Below are positions 8,926-18,115 of a stretch of DNA of 25,045 nt, in pieces; position 1 is the stretch's first letter, and each line of letters opens with the position of its first letter. Source of the stretch: an uncultured Bdellovibrio sp. (GTDB lineage Bacteria > Bdellovibrionota > Bdellovibrionia > Bdellovibrionales > Bdellovibrionaceae); NCBI GenBank assembly GCA_963932905.1, contig CAWVRN010000041.1, forward strand, positions 1 to 25,045. The letters are read 5' to 3'. A model generated the notes under the pieces. The model searched no databases. It was given only the letters and a program-made list of their open reading frames with translations, and had not been told where the DNA came from. A program made the position numbers and the translations under genes.

Positions 8926-9522
8926 ATGACTTGGACTTATTCGCCTCAAAAAATAGAAGGCTCAAACGTTTCGATAGAGCCGTTAACTATGGCGCTTTTT
9001 GATGAAACATGCAAATCTCTTATTCCGGACCCAGATGGTTGGTACTCCGTCATGTTTGGACTTAATACCCAAGAGGCATATAAGAAAGAGTTCGAAATCG
9101 CCGAAGACATGCGGAAAAGTCAAAATGGAGTGGGATTCGCAATTCGGGATAATTTGTCTGGCGAAATTGCTGGAATTTCATTTTTTCTAAGAATGGATGA
9201 TGAAAACCGATCTCTTGAAATTGGAACTACGAATATCGCGCCACGATTCAGAAATACCCACGTAAATTCATCTGCAAAATTTTTAATGCTTCAAGAAGCC
9301 TTCGAAAAATTGAAATGTATCCGAGTTTCCTTTCGTGTCGACGAGGAAAATAAAATTTCAAGAGCCGCCGTTGAAAGAATTGGTGGCAAATACGGCGGTC
9401 TGTTAAGGTCTGAACGGATTCTGCCAGATGGAAGAATCCGCAACTATTGTTTTTACAGCATCATCGACTCAGAGTGGCCCGATGTAAAGTTGCGTCTAGA
9501 AAAAAGGACTTCGAGTAGTTAA
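8926..9522 (+). CDS. GNAT N-acetyltransferase, RimJ/RimL-like
   Basis: Motifs NRSLEIGTT, KFLMLQEAFEKLKCIRVSFRVDEENKISRAAVERIGGKYGGLLR and YSIIDSEWP. Confidence 0.9.
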   Translation: MTWTYSPQKIEGSNVSIEPLTMALFDETCKSLIPDPDGWYSVMFGLNTQEAYKKEFEIAEDMRKSQNGVGFAIRDNLSGEIAGISFFLRMDDENRSLEIGTTNIAPRFRNTHVNSSAKFLMLQEAFEKLKCIRVSFRVDEENKISRAAVERIGGKYGGLLRSERILPDGRIRNYCFYSIIDSEWPDVKLRLEKRTSSS

Positions 9523-9583
9523 GGCTATTGGGGGTTGAAAAGGTGAACCATGTTTTTTCATTCGTGAGCCTCAAGGACTTTAA

Positions 9584-10573
9584 TTATTTAAGACAAATAT
9601 CTTCAATCTTTTTTAAAAAGTCCGAAACAAAGTTACTATTTCCTGAAGTCTTCCCTAGTGCCGCATCTAAACGGTTTCGATCATCAAAATTTAACTTGTG
9701 TCCGCTTGCTAGCTTACGAAACAAATCAATGATTTCGCTATGGGCCGAAAATTCGATCAATAAGTCTAGTTTTAAAAGGGCATTGCCAAACTCGCTCATG
9801 ACATTGTTAAGTAGTTCCGAAGTTCCGCCCTCTAACAACAGGCCAAAATCATCAACCGAATCAACAAAGTCATTTGTGAGATTTGACGATAGATCAACAG
9901 ATTCATTGGAGTTTAAATTCAACATAAAAACCGAAGCTTGATTCTCTCGATGTAAATCTTTTTTGAGCCCGTTCAAAAATATTTGCCTCAATTCTCTCAA
10001 GTTCCCGTGTACGAGTGATCCCCTAAGCGCAAGAAGTCGTTCCAAATTTATTTTTAGATTTGGCGCTTTTACTCTTAGCTCTGGAATTATTTTTTCAATT
10101 TTTCTAAATCCCGGAGCAACTAAATTTTTGTTTTTTGTTCGCTTTAAGTCTCCTGAGAGTCTTGTCTCAATTTCAAGCCGACTAGCAATAGTACGAAGCT
10201 TAATTTCCCAAAGAGTTGTAACTCCGCTTGCGACTACAGTGTTTGTCCATACGTTACTTAAGTGATCTTTAACGATAGAATCAAATCTGGAAAGAGGACC
10301 TCGTTCATCCGTTCCTAATATCAACGAGGTTACCGACTCTGCGTAATCACGAAGCCGCACTTGGCCGGCTGCACTTTCGGGTACTATTATACTACAAAAT
10401 GCAGAATAGACCTTTTCACGAATGATTTCTTTTTCCCTAAGGTGAATTAGATTTTCTGTATTCAATGGATTTTCTAAAACTACGATTTGATAGCCTTTTA
10501 GTGAAAATTGGACAATTTTGGCAACGGACTCTATTCGATTATATATTTTCTTAATTTTTACTATTATGCTCAT
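9584..10573 (-). CDS. Hypothetical helical protein with a possible HEPN RxxxxH motif
   Basis: 329-aa ORF with LWEIKLR upstream of LLALRGSLVHG. The start is uncertain and the family call is tentative. Confidence 0.55.
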   Translation of the reverse strand: MSIIVKIKKIYNRIESVAKIVQFSLKGYQIVVLENPLNTENLIHLREKEIIREKVYSAFCSIIVPESAAGQVRLRDYAESVTSLILGTDERGPLSRFDSIVKDHLSNVWTNTVVASGVTTLWEIKLRTIASRLEIETRLSGDLKRTKNKNLVAPGFRKIEKIIPELRVKAPNLKINLERLLALRGSLVHGNLRELRQIFLNGLKKDLHRENQASVFMLNLNSNESVDLSSNLTNDFVDSVDDFGLLLEGGTSELLNNVMSEFGNALLKLDLLIEFSAHSEIIDLFRKLASGHKLNFDDRNRLDAALGKTSGNSNFVSDFLKKIEDICLK

Positions 10574-10906
10574 TTAATCGCTAAGCCCCACTCGTCTAAT
10601 TATAAAGTTTCCTTAAATCAATTATCTAGTTTAAAATGGCTTCGCCGCTGTTGAATGAGAAGTTTATCAAACCTGTTTCAAATGAAAACCATTAAATAAA
10701 TTATCTGTAAATTAAAAAATAATGAACGAAAAGCTATCTAAATTCACAAACATAATGGCTAGGTTAATCTAGCACCACTTCAATAGACACTATTTTATGA
10801 TGAAGCATAAAGAGAAGCTGAAGCCACAGACTCTCTCTAGAGATTGAAAGTTTCACATATCACAATTTCTGAGCCCGAGGAGTTTTAACTCTTTTAAAAG
10901 TGAAGG

Positions 10907-11821
10907 TCAGATTTTCCTATTAGAAACTTCAAACGGCTTGTAGTCTATTATTTTAGTACGACAATCCGTAAACGTTTCAGATACTTTTTTAATATTGGTA
11001 CCCTCACAAACGATCTGTGCGGTTCGACGTGTAGGATCGAAACTGTACGAAAAACTTCTCTTTTCACCGCTGTCAGTTTCAGCTTCGCAAGTTACGGGTT
11101 GCCACGTTGACTTTCGGTCATTGATAAATCCGTACATTGATGTCACGCAATGGCTTCTAGTCGCTTGGCTAAAATTTTCGCCACAGTATGTTTGGGAATT
11201 CAAAAATCTCATTTTTCCATACAAAGAAGAGTAGGCATCTATGGCGTTCGTATGTTGAAAAAACGTAGATTCTCCAACACCTGGGTGCTGGCAGACAGAC
11301 GCTATTTTAGGGTAAACATTTTCATTTCCCATCCAGGCAATTACATCAAAAGTAACTTCAAGTGTATCGCACGCATTATTGGATATTTGTACTTCGAGTT
11401 TATAATCATGGTTGGCTTCAATTTTTACCTTATCCAAAACAGATATTTCAGTTTTAATATCACCATCGACTAAATACATCTTTGAATCGGGACCAGTACA
11501 ATTACCAAAATGCGCTTTTAGTCTTTTTTCTATAACTTTAAATCGAACAGAGCTGCCAGAATTAAAAGTGTAAATGGCCTTGTAATCACTTTTTGAGCCT
11601 GTTCCTTTCAATGATACAATGTTATCTTTCGTTGTTTCCAAATCCTGTCCAACCATAGATAGGTTAAGTTTTGATTCGATTACATAATTATTAGCAAGAC
11701 CACTATCATTCTTGGTCTGAGGAGGGACTGAGTTGTCGGAATTTTGAGGTGAACTAGAATTGTTGCTGCATCCAACTAACACAATAAATAAAACAGTTGA
11801 TAAGGCCTTTTGTCTCGACAT
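10907..11821 (-). CDS. Hypothetical lipoprotein
   Basis: Lipobox LVG-C followed by a Ser/Asn/Pro linker, multiple Cys, GGAG RBS. Confidence 0.8.
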   Translation of the reverse strand: MSRQKALSTVLFIVLVGCSNNSSSPQNSDNSVPPQTKNDSGLANNYVIESKLNLSMVGQDLETTKDNIVSLKGTGSKSDYKAIYTFNSGSSVRFKVIEKRLKAHFGNCTGPDSKMYLVDGDIKTEISVLDKVKIEANHDYKLEVQISNNACDTLEVTFDVIAWMGNENVYPKIASVCQHPGVGESTFFQHTNAIDAYSSLYGKMRFLNSQTYCGENFSQATRSHCVTSMYGFINDRKSTWQPVTCEAETDSGEKRSFSYSFDPTRRTAQIVCEGTNIKKVSETFTDCRTKIIDYKPFEVSNRKI

Positions 11822-11952
11822 GATTTCTCCAGATGAAAGGTGTTCTATCGCGCTGCCCTTGGAAAAGCAAGTAACGCCATCAGATCTCGATTTTAAGTGA
11901 AAATATTAACCAATGTAGTTTTTCATTTCCAGTTAAACGATACTCCCACTAT

Positions 11953-13005
11953 TTATCGCCCAGAACTATAGTTTTCCCACATTTCTTTAAGGTGATCTTC
12001 GTTAAACACCCTTAAGCCGCCACAAATACGGGTGGATGGAGTTTTGCTTAAATCCATCCACATTCCCGCCATTATGCCGACGATTTCTCCGTCTTGATTT
12101 AAAATCGGGCCTCCGCTATTGCCGTGCTCGCAATCAAAATCCCCGATAAGCATGTTTTTTTCAAAAAGCGTTTGGTCGGATGAACTAAGTTGCATTCCTG
12201 TTTTCATCATCCAGGTTTTAACATCCATTCTTTGGCCCCTTGAAAAATAAATGGATTTGCCATCTGAATCAGACGCATTCATTAGCCTTCGATTTGACGT
12301 TTCCATCGGAAATCCAACTAAGTATAACAATTCGTTTTCTTTTGGGAGCTTTTGGGCAAATCGAAGAGGCGTTACAACTACGGAAGAACTTAAACTGATT
12401 TTAACCAAATCGCTTAACCTACCTAAAGGGGACACCATAGATTCTTTTCTTCCGGTATATAATCTCGAATCCGGATTAAAAAGTGATAGGGTTGCGGATA
12501 TAGCTCTGGGATCAAAAACTGATTTTCCGGCTTTATCGCTGACCCCCAAAAATACGGGGTAAGAATTTAGCGTGTTAAATATTTCTTTTTTTGATTTTGC
12601 ACTCTTAGCAGAAACCTCAGCGGAAAGTACTTCGTAAAAATTATGAAGATTTGTATAAAGAGACTGCTTATTTCCAGCAATAAACGAGGTTCCTTCCCCC
12701 ATTTGTGCAAAGACGATACACAACAAAAATCCATTTTTTTCACAATGATTGATTTGGGCAGTTTGAAACCATTTACTTTTATCTGATTTTAATATTGCTA
12801 CCGCAGCTTTGTCGGCCAAGTTAACAGTGGAAATGTTGAGTCCGCCTTGAGAATATATTTTGAAAACGGCGCGCGATGCCTGCCTAACTTTTTCTGGAAT
12901 GGTGGGGTTGGTTTCTTGAAGAAATCCTGGCGCAGCGATTGACGTTAACGCAAAATTCATTACCAGCAGGCAAATAAAATAAAGTCCCGATTCAAATTTC
13001 TTCAT
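11953..13005 (-). CDS. Secreted trypsin-like (S1) serine protease
   Basis: Signal peptide and catalytic triad motifs TNLH, SDLVKI and GNSGGP. Confidence 0.88.
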   Translation of the reverse strand: MKKFESGLYFICLLVMNFALTSIAAPGFLQETNPTIPEKVRQASRAVFKIYSQGGLNISTVNLADKAAVAILKSDKSKWFQTAQINHCEKNGFLLCIVFAQMGEGTSFIAGNKQSLYTNLHNFYEVLSAEVSAKSAKSKKEIFNTLNSYPVFLGVSDKAGKSVFDPRAISATLSLFNPDSRLYTGRKESMVSPLGRLSDLVKISLSSSVVVTPLRFAQKLPKENELLYLVGFPMETSNRRLMNASDSDGKSIYFSRGQRMDVKTWMMKTGMQLSSSDQTLFEKNMLIGDFDCEHGNSGGPILNQDGEIVGIMAGMWMDLSKTPSTRICGGLRVFNEDHLKEMWENYSSGR

Positions 13006-13391
13006 TTTTACGCCACCTTTTTAAGTTTATGAACCTGGAGCATACTAGGGTAATTTTACAAAGTTGTCTTTCGTAGTTATTTTGAACAGCAATTTATTCA
13101 ACACGCGCGCGCTTGAACGCTCGCAGCACGCTCCTATATGGCAGGCGGATATTCATAACATCGAGCTTGGAACCCGATCCTTGAGATGAAAATTTAGCTT
13201 TCGCATATATAATTTTTATAAAATGACTATTTTGAACTCAAAATCACATATTTCTCAGTAAAATCAACGCTGTGAACAAAAAACATCAGTTTTAGAAGCG
13301 CTGAAAATCTAGCACTTATTTTTTTCATAGAGAAATCGACATTTAAATAAAAATCGCAAATGCGGTGTTGATTCAATTATGAGAAGAAGTT

Positions 13392-14096
13392 TTCAGAAAA
13401 GCTGGGTACCAAACTACGCTTGTGAATCTGCAAAAGCATACGGTGTATGATATCACGCTTGGTCGCACGGAATCTAATCTAGGCAAGTATTTGCAGAAGT
13501 TACCGGATCGAAACAATTGCAAAGTTATCGTGATGGATTTAAGTGAAACCTATCGGAGTATTGCAAAAAAATATTTTCCCAAAGCGATGATCGTGGCTGA
13601 TAGATTCCATGTGGTGCGATTAGTGAATCATCATTTTTTAAAAGTATGGTCACAGCTAGATAGTGTGGGGAGAAAAAATCGCGGATTGATGTATTTAATG
13701 CGAATGCATGAGTGGTCAAAGATGAAAGAGAAATCGCGAAGAAATTTAAATAGATATTTGCAGGAAAACCCTGCGCTGAAAGCGGTTTACGATTTTAAAC
13801 AGAGGTTGATGAAGTTAATTTTAACAAGAGTATCAAGCCGTCGACCGGCTCAAAAGCAGATACCAAAATTTTTGGACGCAATAGGGGCTTTAAAAACGTC
13901 GAATTTTGGAAATTTAGAAACATTGGGAAATACGTTGGATGAATGGAAAGAGGAGATCGTAAGGATGTGGAGATTTAGTAAAACCAACTCAATAACTGAG
14001 GGTGTACATCGAAGGATGGATGAGATACAAAACCGTGCGTACGGTATGCATAATTTTAATAATTATAGAATCAGAGTAAAAGCATATTGTAGCTAG
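13392..14096 (+). pseudogene. ISL3 transposase, N-terminally truncated
   Basis: Motifs MDLSETY, IVADRFHVV, TNSITEGVH and RAYGMHNFNNYRIRV. The zinc finger, HTH and first catalytic Asp region are missing. Confidence 0.88.
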
Positions 14097-14133
14097 CAGA
14101 AACCATGACTGCCCCTACCTTTGGAGAAGAACC
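13392..14133 (+). mobile_element. ISL3-family IS remnant (3' half with right end)
   Basis: Transposase homology begins at FRKAGYQTTLVNL after an in-frame stop at 13380. The right end ...GGAGAAGAACC (reverse complement GGTTCTTC) resembles ISL3 termini. Confidence 0.75.
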
Positions 14134-14184
14134 GGACACAACTGGGACAAACTCGATTTTAGTGATTTTGCAAAACATAATTAA

Positions 14185-14724
14185 GTGTTTGATTTATTTG
14201 GTGAACCACGCTTCCCAATAACCGAACTCTTGCAAGCTATTGATTTCACCACATTTATCGTCAAAATCAGCAAACGAATTTCTGCTGAAGACAATAAAAA
14301 CATAGTCGAAATGTACTCTAAAGGCATGTCCCTTCGCAACATCTCGAATCAGCTTGGAATGTCGAAAAATGGTGTGCGCTCTAGCCTCCTACGAGCGGGG
14401 CAAGAGCTGCGCAATCCGACTCCTAAAGTCACTCACAAGCGTTCGCTCAAGTCAGGCAAGCAAGCGGCTCTACCGTACTATGGCTTCTGCTACTTTGAAG
14501 GGAAGATCGTAAAAGACCCAAGGGAGTTTCCGACTCTTCAAAAAATCCATCGTCTCTGGACCCAGGGACAGACCATCCACCAGATAAATTTAGAATTGAA
14601 TCGAGCCAAGCTTCCATCTCGCACGGGCAAAACTTGGAGCTGGGCTGCTCTTCAAAACATCGTCGCTCGATTTGAAAACAAACAAGTCATCTTATCCAAA
14701 GGGGGAAAATATGAATTTAGATAA
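14185..14724 (+). CDS. HTH plus serine-recombinase DNA-binding ('Recombinase') domain protein lacking a catalytic domain
   Basis: HTH MYSKGMSLRNISNQLGMSKNGVRSSL, then PYYGF...TLQKIHRLWTQGQTIHQINLELNRAKLPSRTGKTWSWAALQNI. No resolvase YxRxS motif. Start uncertain. Confidence 0.7.
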   Translation: MFDLFGEPRFPITELLQAIDFTTFIVKISKRISAEDNKNIVEMYSKGMSLRNISNQLGMSKNGVRSSLLRAGQELRNPTPKVTHKRSLKSGKQAALPYYGFCYFEGKIVKDPREFPTLQKIHRLWTQGQTIHQINLELNRAKLPSRTGKTWSWAALQNIVARFENKQVILSKGGKYEFR

Positions 14725-14929
14725 ACTCATCACGATTGCTGCTGGAGTAGTGCTTGCACTCTCGTTGACTGTGAACCTCGATAAAATTCAAACTCTAATC
14801 TGGCGTGCGCAAGCCAAGCTTATCTATGGATCTCGCACAGAGACTTGGGGAAGCCCGCGCTTCTTTCCGCGTGAGTCGGATAAACAGGAAGCAAAATCCT
14901 CTAGAGCTGATGCGACCAAATTTGAATAA
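14711..14929 (+). CDS. Small protein with an N-terminal hydrophobic helix and SRxxxWGS motif
   Basis: ATG 14711 with GGGGGA RBS, overlapping the upstream stop. Coding status is supported by the paralog at 3782..3948. Confidence 0.75.
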   Translation: MNLDKLITIAAGVVLALSLTVNLDKIQTLIWRAQAKLIYGSRTETWGSPRFFPRESDKQEAKSSRADATKFE

Positions 14930-14994
14930 GACACATTTAGACGCGTCGACCCAAGGTCTCAATCTGACACAAAAGAAGTCAGCGAAAAATAATT

Positions 14995-15024
14995 TGTAAG
15001 ATTTTGCGCCTTAAGCGCACTCAT
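14995..15024 (+). promoter_or_regulatory. Candidate ECF sigma promoter TGTAAGATTTTG-N11-CACTCAT
   Basis: Ends 38 bp upstream of yceI. GTAAG -35 element resembles promoters of Neisseria sigmaE-type ECFs. A second copy with identical spacing is at 19111..19140. Confidence 0.65.
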
Positions 15025-15062
15025 CCAAATGAACGAAATCAAAATCGATATTTGGAGGAGAA

Positions 15063-15680
15063 ATGAAAATTAACGGAATTCTTATGGTCATCGCAGTAGC
15101 AATGGCCAGCACTAACGTCAGGGCAGGTAACTACAAGCTTGATGAGTCCCACACTCAGGTCGGATTCAAGATCAAGCATTTGGTCATTTCAACAGTATCA
15201 GGGCGTTTCAATAAATTCGCCGGAAATTTTGAATTCGATCCCAAAAAAGGTGAAATCAAAGGCTTGAATGTCGAAATTGAAGCCTCATCAATTGATACCA
15301 ACGAGCCCGATCGAGACAAGCATTTAAAAAGCCCTGATTTTTTTGATGTTGAGAAGTTTCCTAAGCTGACCTTTGTTTCGAAGAAAACAGTCACGAAAGA
15401 AAATAAGCCAACGAAAATCGAAGGTGAATTGACGATTCACGGAATTAAAAAGCCAGTCACCTTAGAAGTTGATTACAAAGGCTCGACAACAGACCCTTGG
15501 GGTAACGAGCGAATCGCTTTTGAGGCATCAACTCAAGTCAATCGAAAAGACTACGGTCTTAAGTGGAACAAGAATCTCGATAAAGGCGGAGTCATGATCG
15601 CTGACGATGTGAGGATTCTCATCGAGGGCGAAGCACTCCTTCAAAAACCTGAATCAGCTGAAAAGAAAGAAACAAAATAA
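15063..15680 (+). CDS. yceI: YceI-family periplasmic lipid/polyisoprenoid-binding protein
   Basis: Motifs YKLDESHTQVGFKIKHL, SIDTNEPDRDKHLKSPDFFDVEKFP, DPWGNER and NRKDYGLKWN. Signal peptide present. Confidence 0.95.
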   Translation: MKINGILMVIAVAMASTNVRAGNYKLDESHTQVGFKIKHLVISTVSGRFNKFAGNFEFDPKKGEIKGLNVEIEASSIDTNEPDRDKHLKSPDFFDVEKFPKLTFVSKKTVTKENKPTKIEGELTIHGIKKPVTLEVDYKGSTTDPWGNERIAFEASTQVNRKDYGLKWNKNLDKGGVMIADDVRILIEGEALLQKPESAEKKETK

Positions 15681-15701
15681 CTCTTTGAAAGGGAGGATAA
15701 A

Positions 15702-16121
15702 GTGAAGCAAATAGTTTTAGCAATTCTAATGATAGGATCATTCGCATTTGCGGATGGATTTAAAATCGGACTCGGTGGCCACTGTCCAGTTGGCTATGTC
15801 ATGGCTGGGAAACAGGTCTTTGGTGATCCGAAATTCTCGTCTGAATATCAGGGAACAACTTACTACAATTCGAGTGCAGAGGCGAAAGCCATGTTCGATA
15901 AGGAGCCCGCAAAATACGTCGAGGCTGTTAAATATAAAGGATTCTGCGCGACTGGCTTAGCTATGGGGAAGCAGCTTGAAAGCGATCCTGGAATCTTCTC
16001 AAAGGTTGACGGTAAAGTGTATTTCTTTAGCAGCGCAGAGGCAAAAGCGATGTTCGACAAAGACACAAAAAAGTACGTCGGCATGGCTGATAAAGAGTGG
16101 AATAAATTAGCTAAGAAGTGA
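15702..16121 (+). CDS. Secreted tandem YHS-domain protein
   Basis: Two repeats, CPVG...YQGTTYYNSSAEAKAMFDK and CATG...DGKVYFFSSAEAKAMFDK. GTG start with GGAGG RBS. Confidence 0.85.
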   Translation: MKQIVLAILMIGSFAFADGFKIGLGGHCPVGYVMAGKQVFGDPKFSSEYQGTTYYNSSAEAKAMFDKEPAKYVEAVKYKGFCATGLAMGKQLESDPGIFSKVDGKVYFFSSAEAKAMFDKDTKKYVGMADKEWNKLAKK

Positions 16122-16152
16122 AAAAACATAACAAATCCAAAAGGAGAGCGAA

Positions 16153-16413
16153 ATGAACAAGACAGCAATTTTAACAGCAGCACTAACTGGGCTTATGATG
16201 GCAGGTTGTGCATCAGGAACAAAAGCGACTTCTGACTCATCGAGCACTGTTGCTCAGGGCGAGTGCCACGGCGTGAACTCATGCAAAGGTACTGGAGAAT
16301 GCGGCGGTGCGGGACATTCTTGCGCTGGCAAAAATTCTTGCAAAGGAAAAGGTTGGGTTAAACTTTCTAAAGCCGATTGTGATGCTAAAGGCGGCGCATT
16401 TAAAAATATGTAA
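16153..16413 (+). CDS. bufA2: BufA2-like Cys-rich bufferin precursor with a lipoprotein signal
   Basis: Core CHGVNSCKGTGECGGAGHSCAGKNSCKGKGW...CDAKGG (six Cys, two NSCKG repeats), directly upstream of DUF692. Lipobox MAG-C. Confidence 0.85.
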   Translation: MNKTAILTAALTGLMMAGCASGTKATSDSSSTVAQGECHGVNSCKGTGECGGAGHSCAGKNSCKGKGWVKLSKADCDAKGGAFKNM

Positions 16414-16438
16414 TGAAGATGGATAGGAAGAGAATTGT

Positions 16439-17278
16439 ATGGATAAAACTCCAATGGTTGGTGTCGGACTACGTCCCACTCACTATCCAGAATTAGAAAT
16501 GGACACAGAAACCAATGCTAGAAAAAGAGTTGATTGGTTTGAGGCTATTTCTGAAAACTATATGAACACTGAAGGACGTCCGCTTAAGATGTTGCTTCAT
16601 GTTCGCAAATCCTACCCCGTTGCTCTTCATGGGGTAGGCCTTTCTATTGGTTCGCATGACAGTGTTTCGGAAGTCTATTTGAAAAAACTCAAATCGCTCG
16701 TCGAGCGTGTGGAGCCTAGTATTGTTTCGGACCATTTCTGTTGGTCCAGCATTGGCGGACATTATTCGCATGATTTACTTCCATTTCCGTTTCATTCGGA
16801 AGCACTCGACATCATTTGCAGGAACGTCGAGACGGTCCAAGATTTTATGGGGAGGCAGATTTGCCTCGAGAATATTTCCTACTACCTAAAATCGAAAACT
16901 GATGAAATGCCAGAGGCTCACTTCATTAATGAAGTTTGCAGACGGACTGGTTGCGGACTTTTACTCGATTTGAATAACGTTGATGTGAATTCTAAAAATC
17001 ATGGATTTCGTGCATTTGAATTTATCAACGAGCTAGATTTAAATCATGTTAAACAGATTCATTTAGCTGGCCCTTCGCAAGAGGACGGTTTTGTTTTCGA
17101 TACTCACTCGACTCCGGTGCCGGATTCTGTGTGGACACTTTATCGGCAATTCACTGACATTAAGAAGAACGTTCCCGTTATAATCGAATGGGATGAAAAT
17201 GTCCCTTCATTTCATGTTTTAGAAGAAGAAGTTCTTAAGGTGCGGAAAATCCAAAATGCTCGAGAGGTGCACCCGTGA
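16439..17278 (+). CDS. bufB: DUF692 multinuclear non-heme iron oxidative enzyme (MNIO, BufB-like)
   Basis: Motifs GVGLR, EAISENYM, LHGVGLSIG, SDHFCW, LENISYY, DLNN, IHLAG, DTH and IEWD. Confidence 0.95.
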   Translation: MDKTPMVGVGLRPTHYPELEMDTETNARKRVDWFEAISENYMNTEGRPLKMLLHVRKSYPVALHGVGLSIGSHDSVSEVYLKKLKSLVERVEPSIVSDHFCWSSIGGHYSHDLLPFPFHSEALDIICRNVETVQDFMGRQICLENISYYLKSKTDEMPEAHFINEVCRRTGCGLLLDLNNVDVNSKNHGFRAFEFINELDLNHVKQIHLAGPSQEDGFVFDTHSTPVPDSVWTLYRQFTDIKKNVPVIIEWDENVPSFHVLEEEVLKVRKIQNAREVHP

Positions 17279-18045
17279 GAAATGAAGACCTCAAAAACTG
17301 GCAGGTTCACTTCTTCAGTTATATGATGAACATTGAACAAAGCTTTATATCTAAAGCGACATCGATGAATGAACTTTCTGTTCGATCTTGTGCTGACATT
17401 TATAAGCGAGGATACAGCGCCCGTCTTGTCGAAAGTTTGGGTGATACTTACTCGGCAACTTGGTGGGTTTTAGGTGATGATGATTTTTTGAAGTTAGCAA
17501 ATGAGTTTGTGGGAAACATTCCCTCAAGAAGTTTTGATCTATCAGATTATGGAGAAGAGTTTTCCAGTTATTTAAGAAGTTCCCCCGTCATCGCAGAAAT
17601 TCCATTTGTTTCGGACTTAGCTCTTTTTGAATGGAATTTTAAGACCTTGTTTCATTCTAAGGATGTTCACGCTGCGGAAAATATTTTTAGTCTCATTGGA
17701 TCGAATCCGGATGCGAAAGTTCATTTGTTGCCATCAATAATTTTATGGCAATCAGATTTCGCTATCTACGAAATCTGGAAACGTAGAAAAGGAAACATCA
17801 CCTCACTCAATGAAATTGATCTGGACATGAGTGAATCCATTTTATGTCGTAAATTAGACGGCAAAGTGCACATGAGCTATTTAGAGGAATCAGAGTTTCG
17901 AATGTTAAAACAGTTCGAAACACCTCGGTCTATCGAGGAAGCTGTGATTCGGTACCAGCAACTTTTCGGTGAATTGACTCCTGAATCGATTCAAAGTCTA
18001 TTCGCAAGAATAGGCGTTCTCGGAGTTCTCGGCACCTATTCCTAA
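17275..18045 (+). CDS. bufC: DUF2063 MNIO partner protein (BufC/HvfC-like)
   Basis: Motifs IYKRGYSARLVESLGDTY, LGDDDF, DLSDYGEEF and DLALFEW. GTGA start/stop overlap with the DUF692 gene. Confidence 0.88.
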   Translation: MRNEDLKNWQVHFFSYMMNIEQSFISKATSMNELSVRSCADIYKRGYSARLVESLGDTYSATWWVLGDDDFLKLANEFVGNIPSRSFDLSDYGEEFSSYLRSSPVIAEIPFVSDLALFEWNFKTLFHSKDVHAAENIFSLIGSNPDAKVHLLPSIILWQSDFAIYEIWKRRKGNITSLNEIDLDMSESILCRKLDGKVHMSYLEESEFRMLKQFETPRSIEEAVIRYQQLFGELTPESIQSLFARIGVLGVLGTYS

Positions 18046-18063
18046 ATTGGTGTGCCTTCAATA

Positions 18064-18092
18064 TTGAAACTCAAGACTCTTCGGTTTAATAT
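18064..18092 (+). promoter_or_regulatory. Sigma70-like promoter TTGAAA-N17-TAATAT for marR
   Basis: 17-bp spacing. The -35 element overlaps the palindrome TTCAATATTGAA (18057..18068). Confidence 0.5.
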
Positions 18093-18115
18093 TCTCTTAT
18101 CCGCAGGAGTTCCAT

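Noticed and set aside
7385..12562. Antisense ORFs such as 7385..7717, 9528..9941, 9963..10265, 11150..11473 and 12251..12562
   Set aside because: They are shadows of longer, better-supported genes on the opposite strand and carry no recognisable motifs.
14180..14245. TAAGTGTTTGATTTATTTGGTG...CCGAAC resembling a reverse-complemented tRNA 3' end or att site
   Set aside because: No acceptor or T-arm pairing could be built and no second copy was found in the window, so it is too weak to call.
15005..15019. TGCGC-cttaa-GCGCA palindrome in the ECF promoter spacer as a repressor site
   Set aside because: Only 5-bp arms, no second copy, and no resemblance to the 18593..18616 palindrome.
15702..16121. 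Selenocysteine recoding in the YHS gene
   Set aside because: Both candidate positions are Cys codons, and the TGA falls at the natural C-terminus.
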